DNA of 64,000 nucleotides, taken from Bacteroidota bacterium (lineage in GTDB: Bacteria; Bacteroidota; Bacteroidia; 2-12-FULL-35-15). The notes under the pieces are model-generated. The model searched no databases. It worked only from the letters and a program-made list of their open reading frames with translations, and was not told the DNA's origin. Position numbers and translations under genes: made by a program. Below are positions 34,512 to 43,880 of the stretch, one piece after another. The number at the start of each line of letters is the position of its first letter. The first letter of the stretch is position 1. The stretch spans positions 3,504 to 67,503 of the forward strand of contig JAFLBF010000014.1 in the NCBI GenBank assembly GCA_017303895.1, given 5' to 3'.

Positions 34512-35138
34512 ATGATAACAGACAGCGCCAAGATCAGCATTCCGAACATCGATAATGAGATGAAAAAACAATTAATGGACAATGGTACCATTAAGAATTT
34601 CAAAGCAGGAGATGTTATTTTGCAGGAGAATAGTTATATTAAAACATTGCCTATTGTTTTGCATGGAAGCTTGAAAGTAATGCGTGAGGAGGAAGATGGG
34701 AAAGAGATCTTATTGTATTATATCAAAGCGGGGGAGACCTGTGTGATGTCATTTCTTGGTGGTATCAGCAATGATAAAAGTAAAGTAAAAGCGGTGGTGG
34801 AGGAAGATTCAGAGATCCTCTTGATCCCTATTCACAATGCGCAGGATTGGGTGTCGAAATATCCTTCCTGGTGCGATTTCATCTTTAAATTATACCATAA
34901 ACGTTTCGAAGAACTTTTATCTGTGGTAAATGCCATGGCTTTTCAAAAGATCGATCAGCGTATTGTGGAATTGCTTCATAAAAAATATCAGCTTACCGGT
35001 AATAAAGAGATCAGCGTTACACACCAGCAGCTGGCTGATGAATTGGGTACTGCCCGCGAGGTAGTTTCCCGCCTTTTAAAACAACTTGAAAGGGAAAAAA
35101 AGATCAGTCTTTCCCGCAATAAGATCACTATTTTATAG
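34512..35138 (+). CDS. Crp/Fnr-family transcriptional regulator.
   Basis: It has an N-terminal cNMP-binding beta-roll and a C-terminal HTH (ADELGTAREVVSRLLKQLE). Confidence 0.8.
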   Translation: MITDSAKISIPNIDNEMKKQLMDNGTIKNFKAGDVILQENSYIKTLPIVLHGSLKVMREEEDGKEILLYYIKAGETCVMSFLGGISNDKSKVKAVVEEDSEILLIPIHNAQDWVSKYPSWCDFIFKLYHKRFEELLSVVNAMAFQKIDQRIVELLHKKYQLTGNKEISVTHQQLADELGTAREVVSRLLKQLEREKKISLSRNKITIL

Positions 35139-35142
35139 CTAT

Positions 35143-35158
35143 GTGATATATATCACTG
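35143..35158. promoter_or_regulatory. CRP-type palindromic operator candidate (TGTGA-N6-TCACT).
   Basis: tgtgatatatatcact contains the perfect 14-bp palindrome gtgatatatatcac. It lies 5 bp downstream of the Crp/Fnr gene stop and upstream of the rhodanese operon. Confidence 0.4.
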
Positions 35159-35229
35159 ACCATGTTTGTTAAGCATTGTAATTTTGTGTCGTAAATAAAT
35201 GATTATTCACAACCAAAACCAACCAAACA

Positions 35230-35436
35230 ATGAAAAAAAACATGGGAAACATCGACAGGATCATCAGAGTACTGATCGCTCTTGTTGTAATTGCACTTTA
35301 TTTTGCAAATGTAATTTCAGGAACTGTAGCAATCGTATTGCTTGTTCTATCAGGTATCTTTATCTTGACTAGTCTTATCAGTTTCTGCCCGCTTTATTTA
35401 CCATTCGGAATAAATACATGTAAGAAAAACGACTAA
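35230..35436 (+). CDS. DUF2892 (YgaP-like) small membrane protein.
   Basis: It has N-terminal GNIDRIIR and two TM helices ending ...SFCPLY. This family is typically adjacent to rhodaneses. Confidence 0.55.
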   Translation: MKKNMGNIDRIIRVLIALVVIALYFANVISGTVAIVLLVLSGIFILTSLISFCPLYLPFGINTCKKND

Positions 35437-35517
35437 TTCCGGATAAAGAAAGCTCCATTCAGTTGGGCTAGGGAAGAGGAGCTTTATTTTTTTGTAAACA
35501 ATTAAAAACAATATAAA

Positions 35518-35799
35518 ATGAGATTAGATGAATTAATTAAATCGAACAAAACTACGATAGTAGATGTTCGTACACGTGAAGAATTCAGAGGTGGTAATGT
35601 AGCAGGATCGATCAACATTCCTTTGAATGAGATCCCACAACGAATTGAAGAATTCAAGGCAATGGAACAGCCTATCGTATTGTGCTGTTTATCGGGCGGA
35701 AGAAGCGGCCAGGCAACCATGTATTTGATGCAACAAGGTTTTAAAGATGTGCACAATGGTGGTTCATGGTTAGATGTAAATTATTATAAAAACAACTAA
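35518..35799 (+). CDS. Single-domain rhodanese sulfurtransferase.
   Basis: VDVRTREEF is followed by the active-site loop LCCLSGGRSG. Confidence 0.8.
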   Translation: MRLDELIKSNKTTIVDVRTREEFRGGNVAGSINIPLNEIPQRIEEFKAMEQPIVLCCLSGGRSGQATMYLMQQGFKDVHNGGSWLDVNYYKNN

Positions 35800-35809
35800 A
35801 AAAACAGAT

Positions 35810-36121
35810 ATGTTAGACGGAATTAAAAAACTATTCGGGATGGGTCCTAAAGTGGACTTAGGCGAACTAATAAAAAATGGAGCAATGATCGTTGACGTGC
35901 GCACCAAAGGTGAGTATGCCGGTGGACATGTAAAAGGTTCGATCAATATTCCATTGGATCAATTGGGAAGCAATCTGGCTAAATTGAAAAAAGATAAAGT
36001 GATCATCACTTGCTGTGCTTCCGGTATGAGAAGTGGTGCTGCTAAAAGTCAGCTAAAAAGCAAAGGCTATGAGGTACACAATGGTGGTAGCTGGATGAGT
36101 GTTAACCGATACGTAAAATAA
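35810..36121 (+). CDS. Single-domain rhodanese sulfurtransferase.
   Basis: VDVRTKGEY is followed by the active-site loop ITCCASGMRSG. Confidence 0.8.
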   Translation: MLDGIKKLFGMGPKVDLGELIKNGAMIVDVRTKGEYAGGHVKGSINIPLDQLGSNLAKLKKDKVIITCCASGMRSGAAKSQLKSKGYEVHNGGSWMSVNRYVK

Positions 36122-36123
36122 AA

Positions 36124-36390
36124 ATGTCGTTCTTCTCTTTCCTTTCCGGATGGAATGTTGTGCGCATACTTCGTTTGTTCATAGGGCTGGCTGCATTGGC
36201 AGCCGCCTATTATGAGCATGATAAGCTGATGGGCTTGTTGGGAGTGGTGTTCACTGCTCAGGCACTTTTTAATGTAGGCTGTTGCGGTATGTCGGCTTGC
36301 TCGACAGATACCTTCAGAAAACCCGGAACGGAAGAAAAAGAAATAGAATTTGAAACAATAAAAAAAGAAAAAGACCATGGCAACATTTAA
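36124..36390 (+). CDS. DUF2892-like small membrane protein.
   Basis: It is an 88-aa hydrophobic protein with GWNVVRILR and a C-terminal Cys cluster (CCGMSACS). Confidence 0.45.
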   Translation: MSFFSFLSGWNVVRILRLFIGLAALAAAYYEHDKLMGLLGVVFTAQALFNVGCCGMSACSTDTFRKPGTEEKEIEFETIKKEKDHGNI

Positions 36391-36673
36391 TGAAATTATA
36401 AATTCGGATAAACCCGTGTTGGTTGATTTTTCAGCCGAGTGGTGTGGTCCTTGCAAAATGATGGCGCCTATCTTGAAAGACTTGGCAGGCCAGGTGGGTG
36501 ACAATGCCAGCATCTTAAAAGTAGATGTGGATAAGAATCCCAAAGCAGCACGTGCTTATCACATACAAGGTGTGCCAACCTTGATCTTATTTAAAAATGG
36601 TGAAGTGAAATGGCGTCAATCAGGCGTTGTTCCTGCCGAAAAATTAAAACAAATCATAGACTTACATTCATAA
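36377..36673 (+). CDS. trxA: Thioredoxin.
   Basis: It contains [10 protein letters not shown] and is 98 aa. Confidence 0.85.
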   Translation: MATFNEIINSDKPVLVDFSAEWCGPCKMMAPILKDLAGQVGDNASILKVDVDKNPKAARAYHIQGVPTLILFKNGEVKWRQSGVVPAEKLKQIIDLHS

Positions 36674-37419
36674 TGAAAAAGAACAAATTTAAAATGGCGG
36701 GAATTTTATTCCTTGTATTAACAGCAGCTTTTACTTCTTGTAAACAAAGTGCCAAACAGAATGGAGTGGGTGGAACGATCGCTGCCGATGAATTCGAAAA
36801 AAAGTTAGCTGCCACTGAAAATGCACAGATAGCCGATGTTCGTACTCCCGGAGAATATTCCGAAGGACATATTAAAAATGCATTGAACATCGACTGGAAC
36901 GGAAGTTCATTTGAAGCCGACATCCAAAAAATGGATAAAGATAAACCTGTATTTGTGTATTGTTTATCAGGCGGAAGAAGCTCTAGTGCAGTGAGTAAAA
37001 TGGTAGCATTAGGTTTTAAAGAGATCTATGAATTAGATGGAGGAATGCGTGCCTGGTACAATGGACAAAAGCCTGTTGATACAGGGAATGCAGCTCCTGC
37101 AGAGGACAAACCACAAGGAATGAGCCTGACTGAATATGAAAAGATACTAAGCACCGATAAATTGGTATTGGTTGATTTTAATGCGGTATGGTGTGCGCCT
37201 TGCAAACAAATGTCGCCTTGGTTGGATGAAATTGCTGCCGATATGAAAGATAAGGTTGTTGTTTTAAAGTTGGATGTAGAAGAGAACAAGCAGATAGCAG
37301 ATATGTTACAGGTTGAAAATTTACCAACCCTATTGCTTTACAAAAATGGTAAGGTCGTTTGGAATGGAGAAGGCTTAACCTTGAAAGACGTGATCGTGGA
37401 TGCGATCAACAAAAACTAA
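36673..37419 (+). CDS. Lipoprotein with fused rhodanese and thioredoxin domains.
   Basis: It has a lipoprotein signal (LTAAFTSC). The rhodanese loop is VYCLSGGRSS and a second CxxC motif is WCAPCK. The start was set at the ATG at 36673. Confidence 0.7.
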   Translation: MKKNKFKMAGILFLVLTAAFTSCKQSAKQNGVGGTIAADEFEKKLAATENAQIADVRTPGEYSEGHIKNALNIDWNGSSFEADIQKMDKDKPVFVYCLSGGRSSSAVSKMVALGFKEIYELDGGMRAWYNGQKPVDTGNAAPAEDKPQGMSLTEYEKILSTDKLVLVDFNAVWCAPCKQMSPWLDEIAADMKDKVVVLKLDVEENKQIADMLQVENLPTLLLYKNGKVVWNGEGLTLKDVIVDAINKN

Positions 37420-37422
37420 TAT

Positions 37423-37869
37423 ATGGCAAACGAACATTATTACGACATCGATCTTGTATGGAGATCGGATCGCATGGGAGAAGTAAGTTCTCCTGTATTG
37501 AATGAAAAAATTGAAGTGGTTACTCCACCTGAATTTCCAAAAGGCATTGCCGGGAAATGGTCGCCCGAACATTTTTTTACTGCAGCTGTTTCCAGCTGTT
37601 TTATGACCACTTTCCTAGCGGTTGCCGAAAATTCTAAATTAGAATTTGTAAGCTTGGAAGTAAAAGCAAAAGGAAAATTAGAAATGGTAGAAGGCAAATT
37701 CATGATGAGTGAAGTAGAACTGAAACCTGAGTTGGTGATCACCAAGCAGGATGATCAGGAGAGAGCATTTCGTATTCTTAATAAATCGGAAGCGGCTTGT
37801 TTGATCTCGAATTCGATTAAATCGAAGATCGTATTTGTTCCTGAAATTAAAATAGCACAAACAGCATAA
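37423..37869 (+). CDS. OsmC/Ohr-family peroxiredoxin-like protein.
   Basis: It has the OsmC fold with its two conserved Cys residues (SSCFMTTF, EAACLISNS). Confidence 0.7.
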   Translation: MANEHYYDIDLVWRSDRMGEVSSPVLNEKIEVVTPPEFPKGIAGKWSPEHFFTAAVSSCFMTTFLAVAENSKLEFVSLEVKAKGKLEMVEGKFMMSEVELKPELVITKQDDQERAFRILNKSEAACLISNSIKSKIVFVPEIKIAQTA

Positions 37870-38008
37870 AAACTTTTCGTTGGTTGGAAAAGGGGATTGA
37901 ATTTTTATTCGTCCCCCCTTTTTTTGTGTTTAATAGAATGATTATAGCTTGATACTGATGAAGATCAAGAATACAGATGAAGAATAATTTTTATATTTGT
38001 GTCATAAA

Positions 38009-38480
38009 ACTATTCCTTATGAAAAAATTGATCCTTTTAAGTTTGTTATTATCCGCTCCGGTGGTATTTGCACAAAAAGTAAATCCTGATAATTTACCTG
38101 AACCGGTAAAAACTGCTTTCAACACAAAATTTGCAGGTGTTAAAAAAGCAAAATGGGAAATGGACTATGAGAACTACGAAGCAGAGTTCAAATACAATAA
38201 AAATGAAATGTCGGCTACGTTCGATAAAACAGGAAAATGGCTGGAAACAGAATACATGGTTCTTCCATCGGATCTGCCTCAAGCAGTGAAAGATTATATG
38301 AACTCTAACTTTGCAGGATTCGAAATTAAAGAAGCCGAAAAAGTGGAGACAGCTGATAAAGGCATTCTATATGAACTAGAGATCAAAAAAGCTGAAGCGA
38401 AATATGAGATCTCTATCTCCGAAACCGGCAAATTGATCAGCCGTACGGATGCGAATTCTGACGAGAAAGCGAAATACTAA
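38009..38480 (+). CDS. PepSY-like (putative beta-lactamase-inhibitor-like) secreted protein.
   Basis: It has a signal peptide and repeated YE.E.K...GK modules. The start is at MKKLILLSLLL. Confidence 0.5.
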
Positions 38481-38499
38481 AATAGTAATCCATAAAAAA

Positions 38500-38529
38500 A
38501 GCCCCGGTCAATCGATCGGGGCTTTTTTA
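38500..38529. terminator. Bidirectional rho-independent terminator.
   Basis: The hairpin agccccggtcaatcgatcggggct is followed by a T tract. Confidence 0.8.
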
Positions 38530-38545
38530 TTACTGAATGTTTGTA

Positions 38546-38965
38546 TTAGAAACGCTCTAATTTTGAAAAGAAGAAATCTCCTTCAATTTGTGCATTCTCA
38601 TCGCTGTCTGATCCATGAACGGCATTTGCTGCAATTGACTTCGCATAGATCTTACGGATCGTTCCTTCGTCAGCTTTCGTTGGATCAGTTGCTCCGATCA
38701 AAGTACGGAAATCAGCTACTGCATTGTTCTTTTCCAAGATAGCAGCAACGATCGGACCGCTGCTCATATACGTTACTAACTCACCATAGAACGGACGCTC
38801 TTTGTGTACTTCATAGAATTTACCTGCTGCCTCAGCCGATAACTTAGTATATTTCATTGCTACAATGCGGAAACCTGCATCGTTAATCATTTTTAAAATT
38901 CCTCCAATGTAGTTGTTTTCAACTGCATCAGGCTTGATCATTGTAAATGTTCTGTTAGTTGCCAT
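38546..38965 (-). CDS. ndk: Nucleoside-diphosphate kinase.
   Basis: It shows Ndk sequence throughout ([18 protein letters not shown]). Confidence 0.95.
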   Translation of the reverse strand: MATNRTFTMIKPDAVENNYIGGILKMINDAGFRIVAMKYTKLSAEAAGKFYEVHKERPFYGELVTYMSSGPIVAAILEKNNAVADFRTLIGATDPTKADEGTIRKIYAKSIAANAVHGSDSDENAQIEGDFFFSKLERF

Positions 38966-39119
38966 TTCTGTTTTATTTATTGTGTTATTGAATTTCTATT
39001 GATCTGATTCGGGCGCGAAATTAGAAAAAATATCTATACAAAATATGTTAACAGGGCTTAATTCGATAATTTTCGCCTTATTATTTATCGTAAATTTGTA
39101 AGCATTAAAAATTGAATAC

Positions 39120-40136
39120 GTGAACGCAAAACAAGTAAAAGAGGTAAAAAGTTTATTAGCTAAACCAAAACATATAGTTATCGTTACCCATTGGTCGCCC
39201 GATGGCGATGCCATGGGCTCTTCCCTTGGATTATACAATTACCTGATCCAGAAAGATCATAAAGTAACCGTGATCACTCCAAACGATTATCCGGCTTTCC
39301 TTTCCTGGATGCCGGGCGATAAAAAAGTGATCGATTTTTCTAAGAAAACGGCTGCTGCTAAAAAACACGTTGCACAAGCGGAACTGATCTTTTGTCTCGA
39401 CTTTAATTCATTAAAACGTATTGATAAACTGGGTGATGAAGTGGCTAAAAGCAAGGCCATCAAATTCATTATCGATCATCACTTGCAGCCCGAAGATTTT
39501 GCAAAATACATGTTGCACAATGTGGGCGCTTGCTCCACCTGCGAACTCATTTATGAGTTCATTTCACTGATGGGCGACAAAAAGCTATTGAACAAGGACA
39601 TCGCGAATTGTTTGTACACGGGCATCATGACCGATACCGGCTCTTTCCGTTTTCCTTCTACTACTACCAAAACACATGCGATCATAGCCGACCTGATGAA
39701 AGCTGGTGCGGAAAATTCCGAGATCCACAACCGCATTTACGATGGCAACACCGTTGACAAGATCAAACTATTGGGCTATTGCTTAGGCGAAAAGCTCACG
39801 GTGATGAAAGAGCTCAATACCGCTTATTTCAGCTTAACAGATAAAGAACTGAAGAAATTTAATTATAAAAAAGGCGATACCGAAGGGGTGGTGAATTATG
39901 CACTCTCCATCGAAGGGATCAAGTTTGCAGCCTTCTTTGTGGAACGCGATGGTATCATCAAAACATCCTTCCGTTCCAAAGGAAGCTTTAATGTGAACTT
40001 GTTTGCACGTGCTCACTTCGAAGGTGGCGGCCATGCCAATGCTGCCGGAGGAATGAGTCCATTGAGCATGAAGGACACACTCAAAAAATTTGTGTCTATC
40101 GTTCCAACCTATAAAAAAGAACTGACTAAAAAATAG
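39120..40136 (+). CDS. nrnA: DHH-family phosphoesterase (NrnA-like bifunctional oligoribonuclease / pAp phosphatase).
   Basis: It has the DHH motif (IIDHH) and a DHHA1 C-terminus (GGGHANAAG). The start is a GTG at 39120. Confidence 0.75.
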   Translation: MNAKQVKEVKSLLAKPKHIVIVTHWSPDGDAMGSSLGLYNYLIQKDHKVTVITPNDYPAFLSWMPGDKKVIDFSKKTAAAKKHVAQAELIFCLDFNSLKRIDKLGDEVAKSKAIKFIIDHHLQPEDFAKYMLHNVGACSTCELIYEFISLMGDKKLLNKDIANCLYTGIMTDTGSFRFPSTTTKTHAIIADLMKAGAENSEIHNRIYDGNTVDKIKLLGYCLGEKLTVMKELNTAYFSLTDKELKKFNYKKGDTEGVVNYALSIEGIKFAAFFVERDGIIKTSFRSKGSFNVNLFARAHFEGGGHANAAGGMSPLSMKDTLKKFVSIVPTYKKELTKK

Positions 40137-40139
40137 ATC

Positions 40140-40682
40140 ATGCTGAGTTTAAATAAATACATTGTTTTACTGGTTGGTTCTTCCTTGCTATTGGGTGCAT
40201 CCTGTGGGAATGATAGCAGCAAAGCTACCAAGCAAACCAATATTCAAAGTAAGGAGTTTCAGGACAAACTCATTGAGGCTAACAAAATGTATGTGAAGCG
40301 CGAAAGCGATGAGATCGATCAGTACGTGAAACACCGTGGCTGGAACATGATCACCACCGGAACCGGATTACGTTACATGATAGTGACACAAGGCAAAGGT
40401 GAATTGGCAAAGCCCGAACAATTGGCCAAAGTGAATTACAAAGTAAGTTTACTGGATGGCACTGTTTGTTATACATCCGAAAAGAACGGACCCAAAGAAT
40501 TCATGGTAGGGAAGGACAATGTAGAAAGTGGCCTGCACGAAGGAATTCAATACATGCATGTGGGCGATAAAGCCATTTTGATATTACCTTCTCATCTGGC
40601 ACACGGACTTTTAGGCGATGATAACAAGATCCCGGCTAAATCATCGGTGATGTATGAATTAGAATTATTGTCATTGCGATAA
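40140..40682 (+). CDS. FKBP-type peptidyl-prolyl cis-trans isomerase lipoprotein.
   Basis: It has a lipobox (LLGASC) and an FKBP domain (GLRYMIVTQGKG...ILPSHLAHG...ELELLS). Confidence 0.8.
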   Translation: MLSLNKYIVLLVGSSLLLGASCGNDSSKATKQTNIQSKEFQDKLIEANKMYVKRESDEIDQYVKHRGWNMITTGTGLRYMIVTQGKGELAKPEQLAKVNYKVSLLDGTVCYTSEKNGPKEFMVGKDNVESGLHEGIQYMHVGDKAILILPSHLAHGLLGDDNKIPAKSSVMYELELLSLR

Positions 40683-40683
40683 G

Positions 40684-41586
40684 ATGAAGCGGATTTCCCT
40701 TGTATTTACTTTATTACTCCTTTTAGGTTTGAGCTCCTGTTTCAGGGATTCCGACTTTGAAGGATATACCAAGACCGATACCGGCCTGCATTATAAATTA
40801 TTGATGATAGGCGAGGGGAAACGTAAACCTACTTTTGGCGAGTTACTTCAGCTGAACATCACGTACAAAACCATGGCCGATTCGGTGTTTCTGGATTCTT
40901 ATTCCGTCAATGAAACAGGCATGGTCATTTTACCCTTTAATCATTCTTCCTTCAAAGGAAGCTTCGAAGAAGGCTTGCTGAACATGTGCGAGGGCGACAG
41001 CGTTTCCTTTATTGTGGATGCCAAGCCATTATTCAAAGAGTTTTTTAAAGCCGAATTGCCTTATTTTTTGAAGGAAGGCGACAAAGTAAAAATGGAAGTG
41101 AAGCTCAACCGTATTTTGGATCAAAAACAATATGAGCAGGAAATTGTTCGGTATAAGGAACTATTGGAAGACCGTGATATTGAGGAGCAACGGATCCTGC
41201 AAGTGTATCTGGATACCATCCCGGGAACATTCACCCCGCTGGAAAACGGTATGTATTTTCAGCCTGTACAACAAGGTGCCGGTGATCCGGTGGAAAGTGG
41301 CGATCTGGTAAGGGTACATTTTAAAGGCAGTTTCCTGAACGGACGCAGCTTTGAGTCCACCTACGAACGCAACCAGCCCATGGAATTTACATTCGGGGAA
41401 CAGGGGCAGGTGATCAAAGGATTGGAAGCTGCAATAAGTTTATTAAATGAGGGTGCACAAGCAAAATTTATCATACCTTCGCACCTTGCTTATGGAGAAA
41501 ATGGATCATCCACGGGTGTCATTCCTCCTTATACAACTTTAGTGTACGAAATTGAATTACTTAAATTAACAAAACATAATAATTGA
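40684..41586 (+). CDS. FKBP-type PPIase with a degenerate N-terminal FKBP-like domain and a canonical FKBP domain.
   Basis: It has the lipobox LGLSSC. The C-terminal domain reads MYFQPVQQGAGD...FIIPSHLAYGENG...YEIELLKL. Confidence 0.8.
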   Translation: MKRISLVFTLLLLLGLSSCFRDSDFEGYTKTDTGLHYKLLMIGEGKRKPTFGELLQLNITYKTMADSVFLDSYSVNETGMVILPFNHSSFKGSFEEGLLNMCEGDSVSFIVDAKPLFKEFFKAELPYFLKEGDKVKMEVKLNRILDQKQYEQEIVRYKELLEDRDIEEQRILQVYLDTIPGTFTPLENGMYFQPVQQGAGDPVESGDLVRVHFKGSFLNGRSFESTYERNQPMEFTFGEQGQVIKGLEAAISLLNEGAQAKFIIPSHLAYGENGSSTGVIPPYTTLVYEIELLKLTKHNN

Positions 41587-42542
41587 AAATGAAGATCTCT
41601 AAAAAACTAGTATTTGCATCAGTAGGTGCTGCTTTAATGTTTAGTGCATGCGACAATTCACCATACCCTGGTTATGAAATGTCAGAATCAGGTTTGTATT
41701 CTCAGTTCTACAATCACGATGAAGCCGGAGTTACTCCAAAAGAAGGTGATGTAGTAAAATTGATCATGTCGTACCGTAACTCAAAAGATTCGATCTTATT
41801 CGATTCTAAAAAAATGGGTCGTTCTGAAGATGGAACCATCGAGTTCCCATTAACTAAATCTACATTTAAAGCAAGTTTTGAAGAGGCATTAGGAACAATG
41901 GCAGTTGGTGATAGCGCTAGCTTCAAGATCAGTGCTGACTCAGTTTACTTAAAAACATTCATGGTGCAGGAATTACCTGCTTACATCGAAAAAGGAAGTA
42001 TGTTGACCTTCGAAGCGAAGTTGGTAAAGATCACCAGCAAAGAAGAAGCTATGAAAGAACAACAAAAACGTCAGGAAGAACAAAAAGTGATGATGGAATT
42101 GGCGAAGAACGAAGAAGGAAAGATCATGGCGAAATATTTAGAGGATAACAAGATCACAGCCAAGCCAACAGCTAGCGGATTGATCTATGTAGAAACCAAA
42201 AAAGGAAGCGGTTCAAAACCAACTGCCGGATCAATGGTGAAAGTAAACTATGTTGGTATGTTATTGGATGGAACTATCTTCGATACAAGTTTAGAAGACA
42301 GAGCAAAAGAAGCAGGATTGTATGACGAAAGAAGACCATACGAACCATTTGAATTTGCTTTAGGTACAGGTCAGGTGATCCCGGGTTGGGACGAAGGTAT
42401 TGCATTAATGACACCGGGTTCAAAAGGTAAATTGATCATTCCTTCTGAATTAGCGTATGGTGCACAAGGTGGCGGACCGATCCCTCCATTCTCTTCATTG
42501 GTATTTGAAGTAGAATTGGTAAGCTTCAGCGCTGCTAAATAA
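41583..42542 (+). CDS. FKBP-type PPIase, paralog of the 40684 gene.
   Basis: It has the lipobox FSAC and a C-terminal FKBP domain (GLIYVETKKGSG...LIIPSELAYGAQG...FEVELVSF). Confidence 0.8.
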   Translation: MKMKISKKLVFASVGAALMFSACDNSPYPGYEMSESGLYSQFYNHDEAGVTPKEGDVVKLIMSYRNSKDSILFDSKKMGRSEDGTIEFPLTKSTFKASFEEALGTMAVGDSASFKISADSVYLKTFMVQELPAYIEKGSMLTFEAKLVKITSKEEAMKEQQKRQEEQKVMMELAKNEEGKIMAKYLEDNKITAKPTASGLIYVETKKGSGSKPTAGSMVKVNYVGMLLDGTIFDTSLEDRAKEAGLYDERRPYEPFEFALGTGQVIPGWDEGIALMTPGSKGKLIIPSELAYGAQGGGPIPPFSSLVFEVELVSFSAAK

Positions 42543-42567
42543 TTTGGATTAAAAATTGATAATATCG

Positions 42568-42596
42568 AGGGCTGACTAAAATAGTCAGCCCTTTTT
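42568..42596 (+). terminator. Rho-independent terminator.
   Basis: The hairpin gggctgactaaaatagtcagccc is followed by ttttt. Confidence 0.8.
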
Positions 42597-42616
42597 AAAA
42601 CCTTAAAGATCATATC

Positions 42617-43831
42617 ATGAAAAAAGTATCCATCCTTTTCCTTGCCTTATTCAGTATCACTGTGGTAGCACAGGAGAAAGTGAAAAAAGAAATTGCAAAA
42701 GACGAGAAAACAGTAAAAACAGTTAAAGTAAAAAAGCCGAAGACAATGAAAACAGCATCAGGTTTGGAATATACCATCACCGAAAAAGGAAATGGTAAAC
42801 GCCCGCAAATTGGAGATAAAGTAAAAGTACACTACACCGGAAAATTATTAAACGACACCGTATTCGATAGCTCCGTAAAAAGAGGACAACCATTCGAATT
42901 TAAATTAGGTGCCGGACAGGTGATCAAAGGATGGGATGAAGCTTTCCAATTATTAGATGTAGGTGATAAAGCAACTATCAAATTACCTGCTGATATTGCT
43001 TATGGCAACAGAGCTATGGGTTCTATTCCTCCAAATTCTACTTTGATATTTGATGTGGAATTGATCGACTTTAAAGAAGGTGTTCGTCCTTGGGATGCAA
43101 AAGGAAAAGATACCATCACTACTGCAAGTGGTTTGAAATACATCATCATCAAAGAGAACAAAGCAGGTGAGCAAGTAAAAGCAGGCGCACAGGCAACCGT
43201 TCATTACAGTGGATATTTCAAAGATGGAAAAATGTTCGATTCTTCTGTAGAGCGCGGACAACCATTCAAAGTAAAAGTGGGTAAAGGACAAGTGATCAAA
43301 GGATGGGACGAAGGATTGGCTTTATTGCGCAAAGGCGAAAAAGCAAAATTATTTATTCCTTATCAATTAGGATATGGCGAACAAGGTTACGGACCAATTC
43401 CTGCAAAAGCAGAATTGATCTTTGATGTGGAGATCGTAGATGTGCAGGAAGCAATGGTGCCTGTATTGTACGATGTATCTAAATTAGAAGCAAAGAAAAC
43501 AGCATCCGGCTTAAGCTACTATGAAGTAAAAAGAAGCGGAAGCACAGTAAAAGCCGAAGCAGGTAAAACTGTGAAAGTGCATTACTCCGGTTATTTAGCC
43601 GATGGAAAAATGTTCGATTCTTCTATTGAAAGAGGAGAGCCGATTGAGTTTCCATTAGGACAAGGCATGGTGATCCCGGGATGGGAGGAAGGCATTGCCT
43701 TGATGAATGTAGGTGATAAATTACGTTTGGTGATCCCGTATTACTTAGCCTATGGCGAACAAGGAAGAGAACCGATCATTCCTGCAAAAGCCGACCTTAC
43801 ATTTGATGTTGAGTTAGTGGATGTAAAATAA
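42617..43831 (+). CDS. FKBP-type PPIase with three tandem FKBP domains.
   Basis: It has three internal repeats of about 110 aa. Each begins TASGL.Y and ends IP..A.L.FDVE..D. Confidence 0.85.
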   Translation: MKKVSILFLALFSITVVAQEKVKKEIAKDEKTVKTVKVKKPKTMKTASGLEYTITEKGNGKRPQIGDKVKVHYTGKLLNDTVFDSSVKRGQPFEFKLGAGQVIKGWDEAFQLLDVGDKATIKLPADIAYGNRAMGSIPPNSTLIFDVELIDFKEGVRPWDAKGKDTITTASGLKYIIIKENKAGEQVKAGAQATVHYSGYFKDGKMFDSSVERGQPFKVKVGKGQVIKGWDEGLALLRKGEKAKLFIPYQLGYGEQGYGPIPAKAELIFDVEIVDVQEAMVPVLYDVSKLEAKKTASGLSYYEVKRSGSTVKAEAGKTVKVHYSGYLADGKMFDSSIERGEPIEFPLGQGMVIPGWEEGIALMNVGDKLRLVIPYYLAYGEQGREPIIPAKADLTFDVELVDVK

Positions 43832-43851
43832 GATGGTATTATTATAGAAAA

Positions 43852-43880
43852 AGCCTGAGCATTTGCTCAGGCTTTTTGTT
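43852..43880. terminator. Bidirectional rho-independent terminator.
   Basis: The hairpin agcctgagcatttgctcaggct is followed by tttttgtttt. Confidence 0.8.

Noticed and set aside
38996-39238. 80-aa minus-strand ORF overlapping the start of the DHH phosphoesterase gene.
   Set aside because: It overlaps the confidently assigned nrnA-like start. It has no motif and sits in a promoter region.
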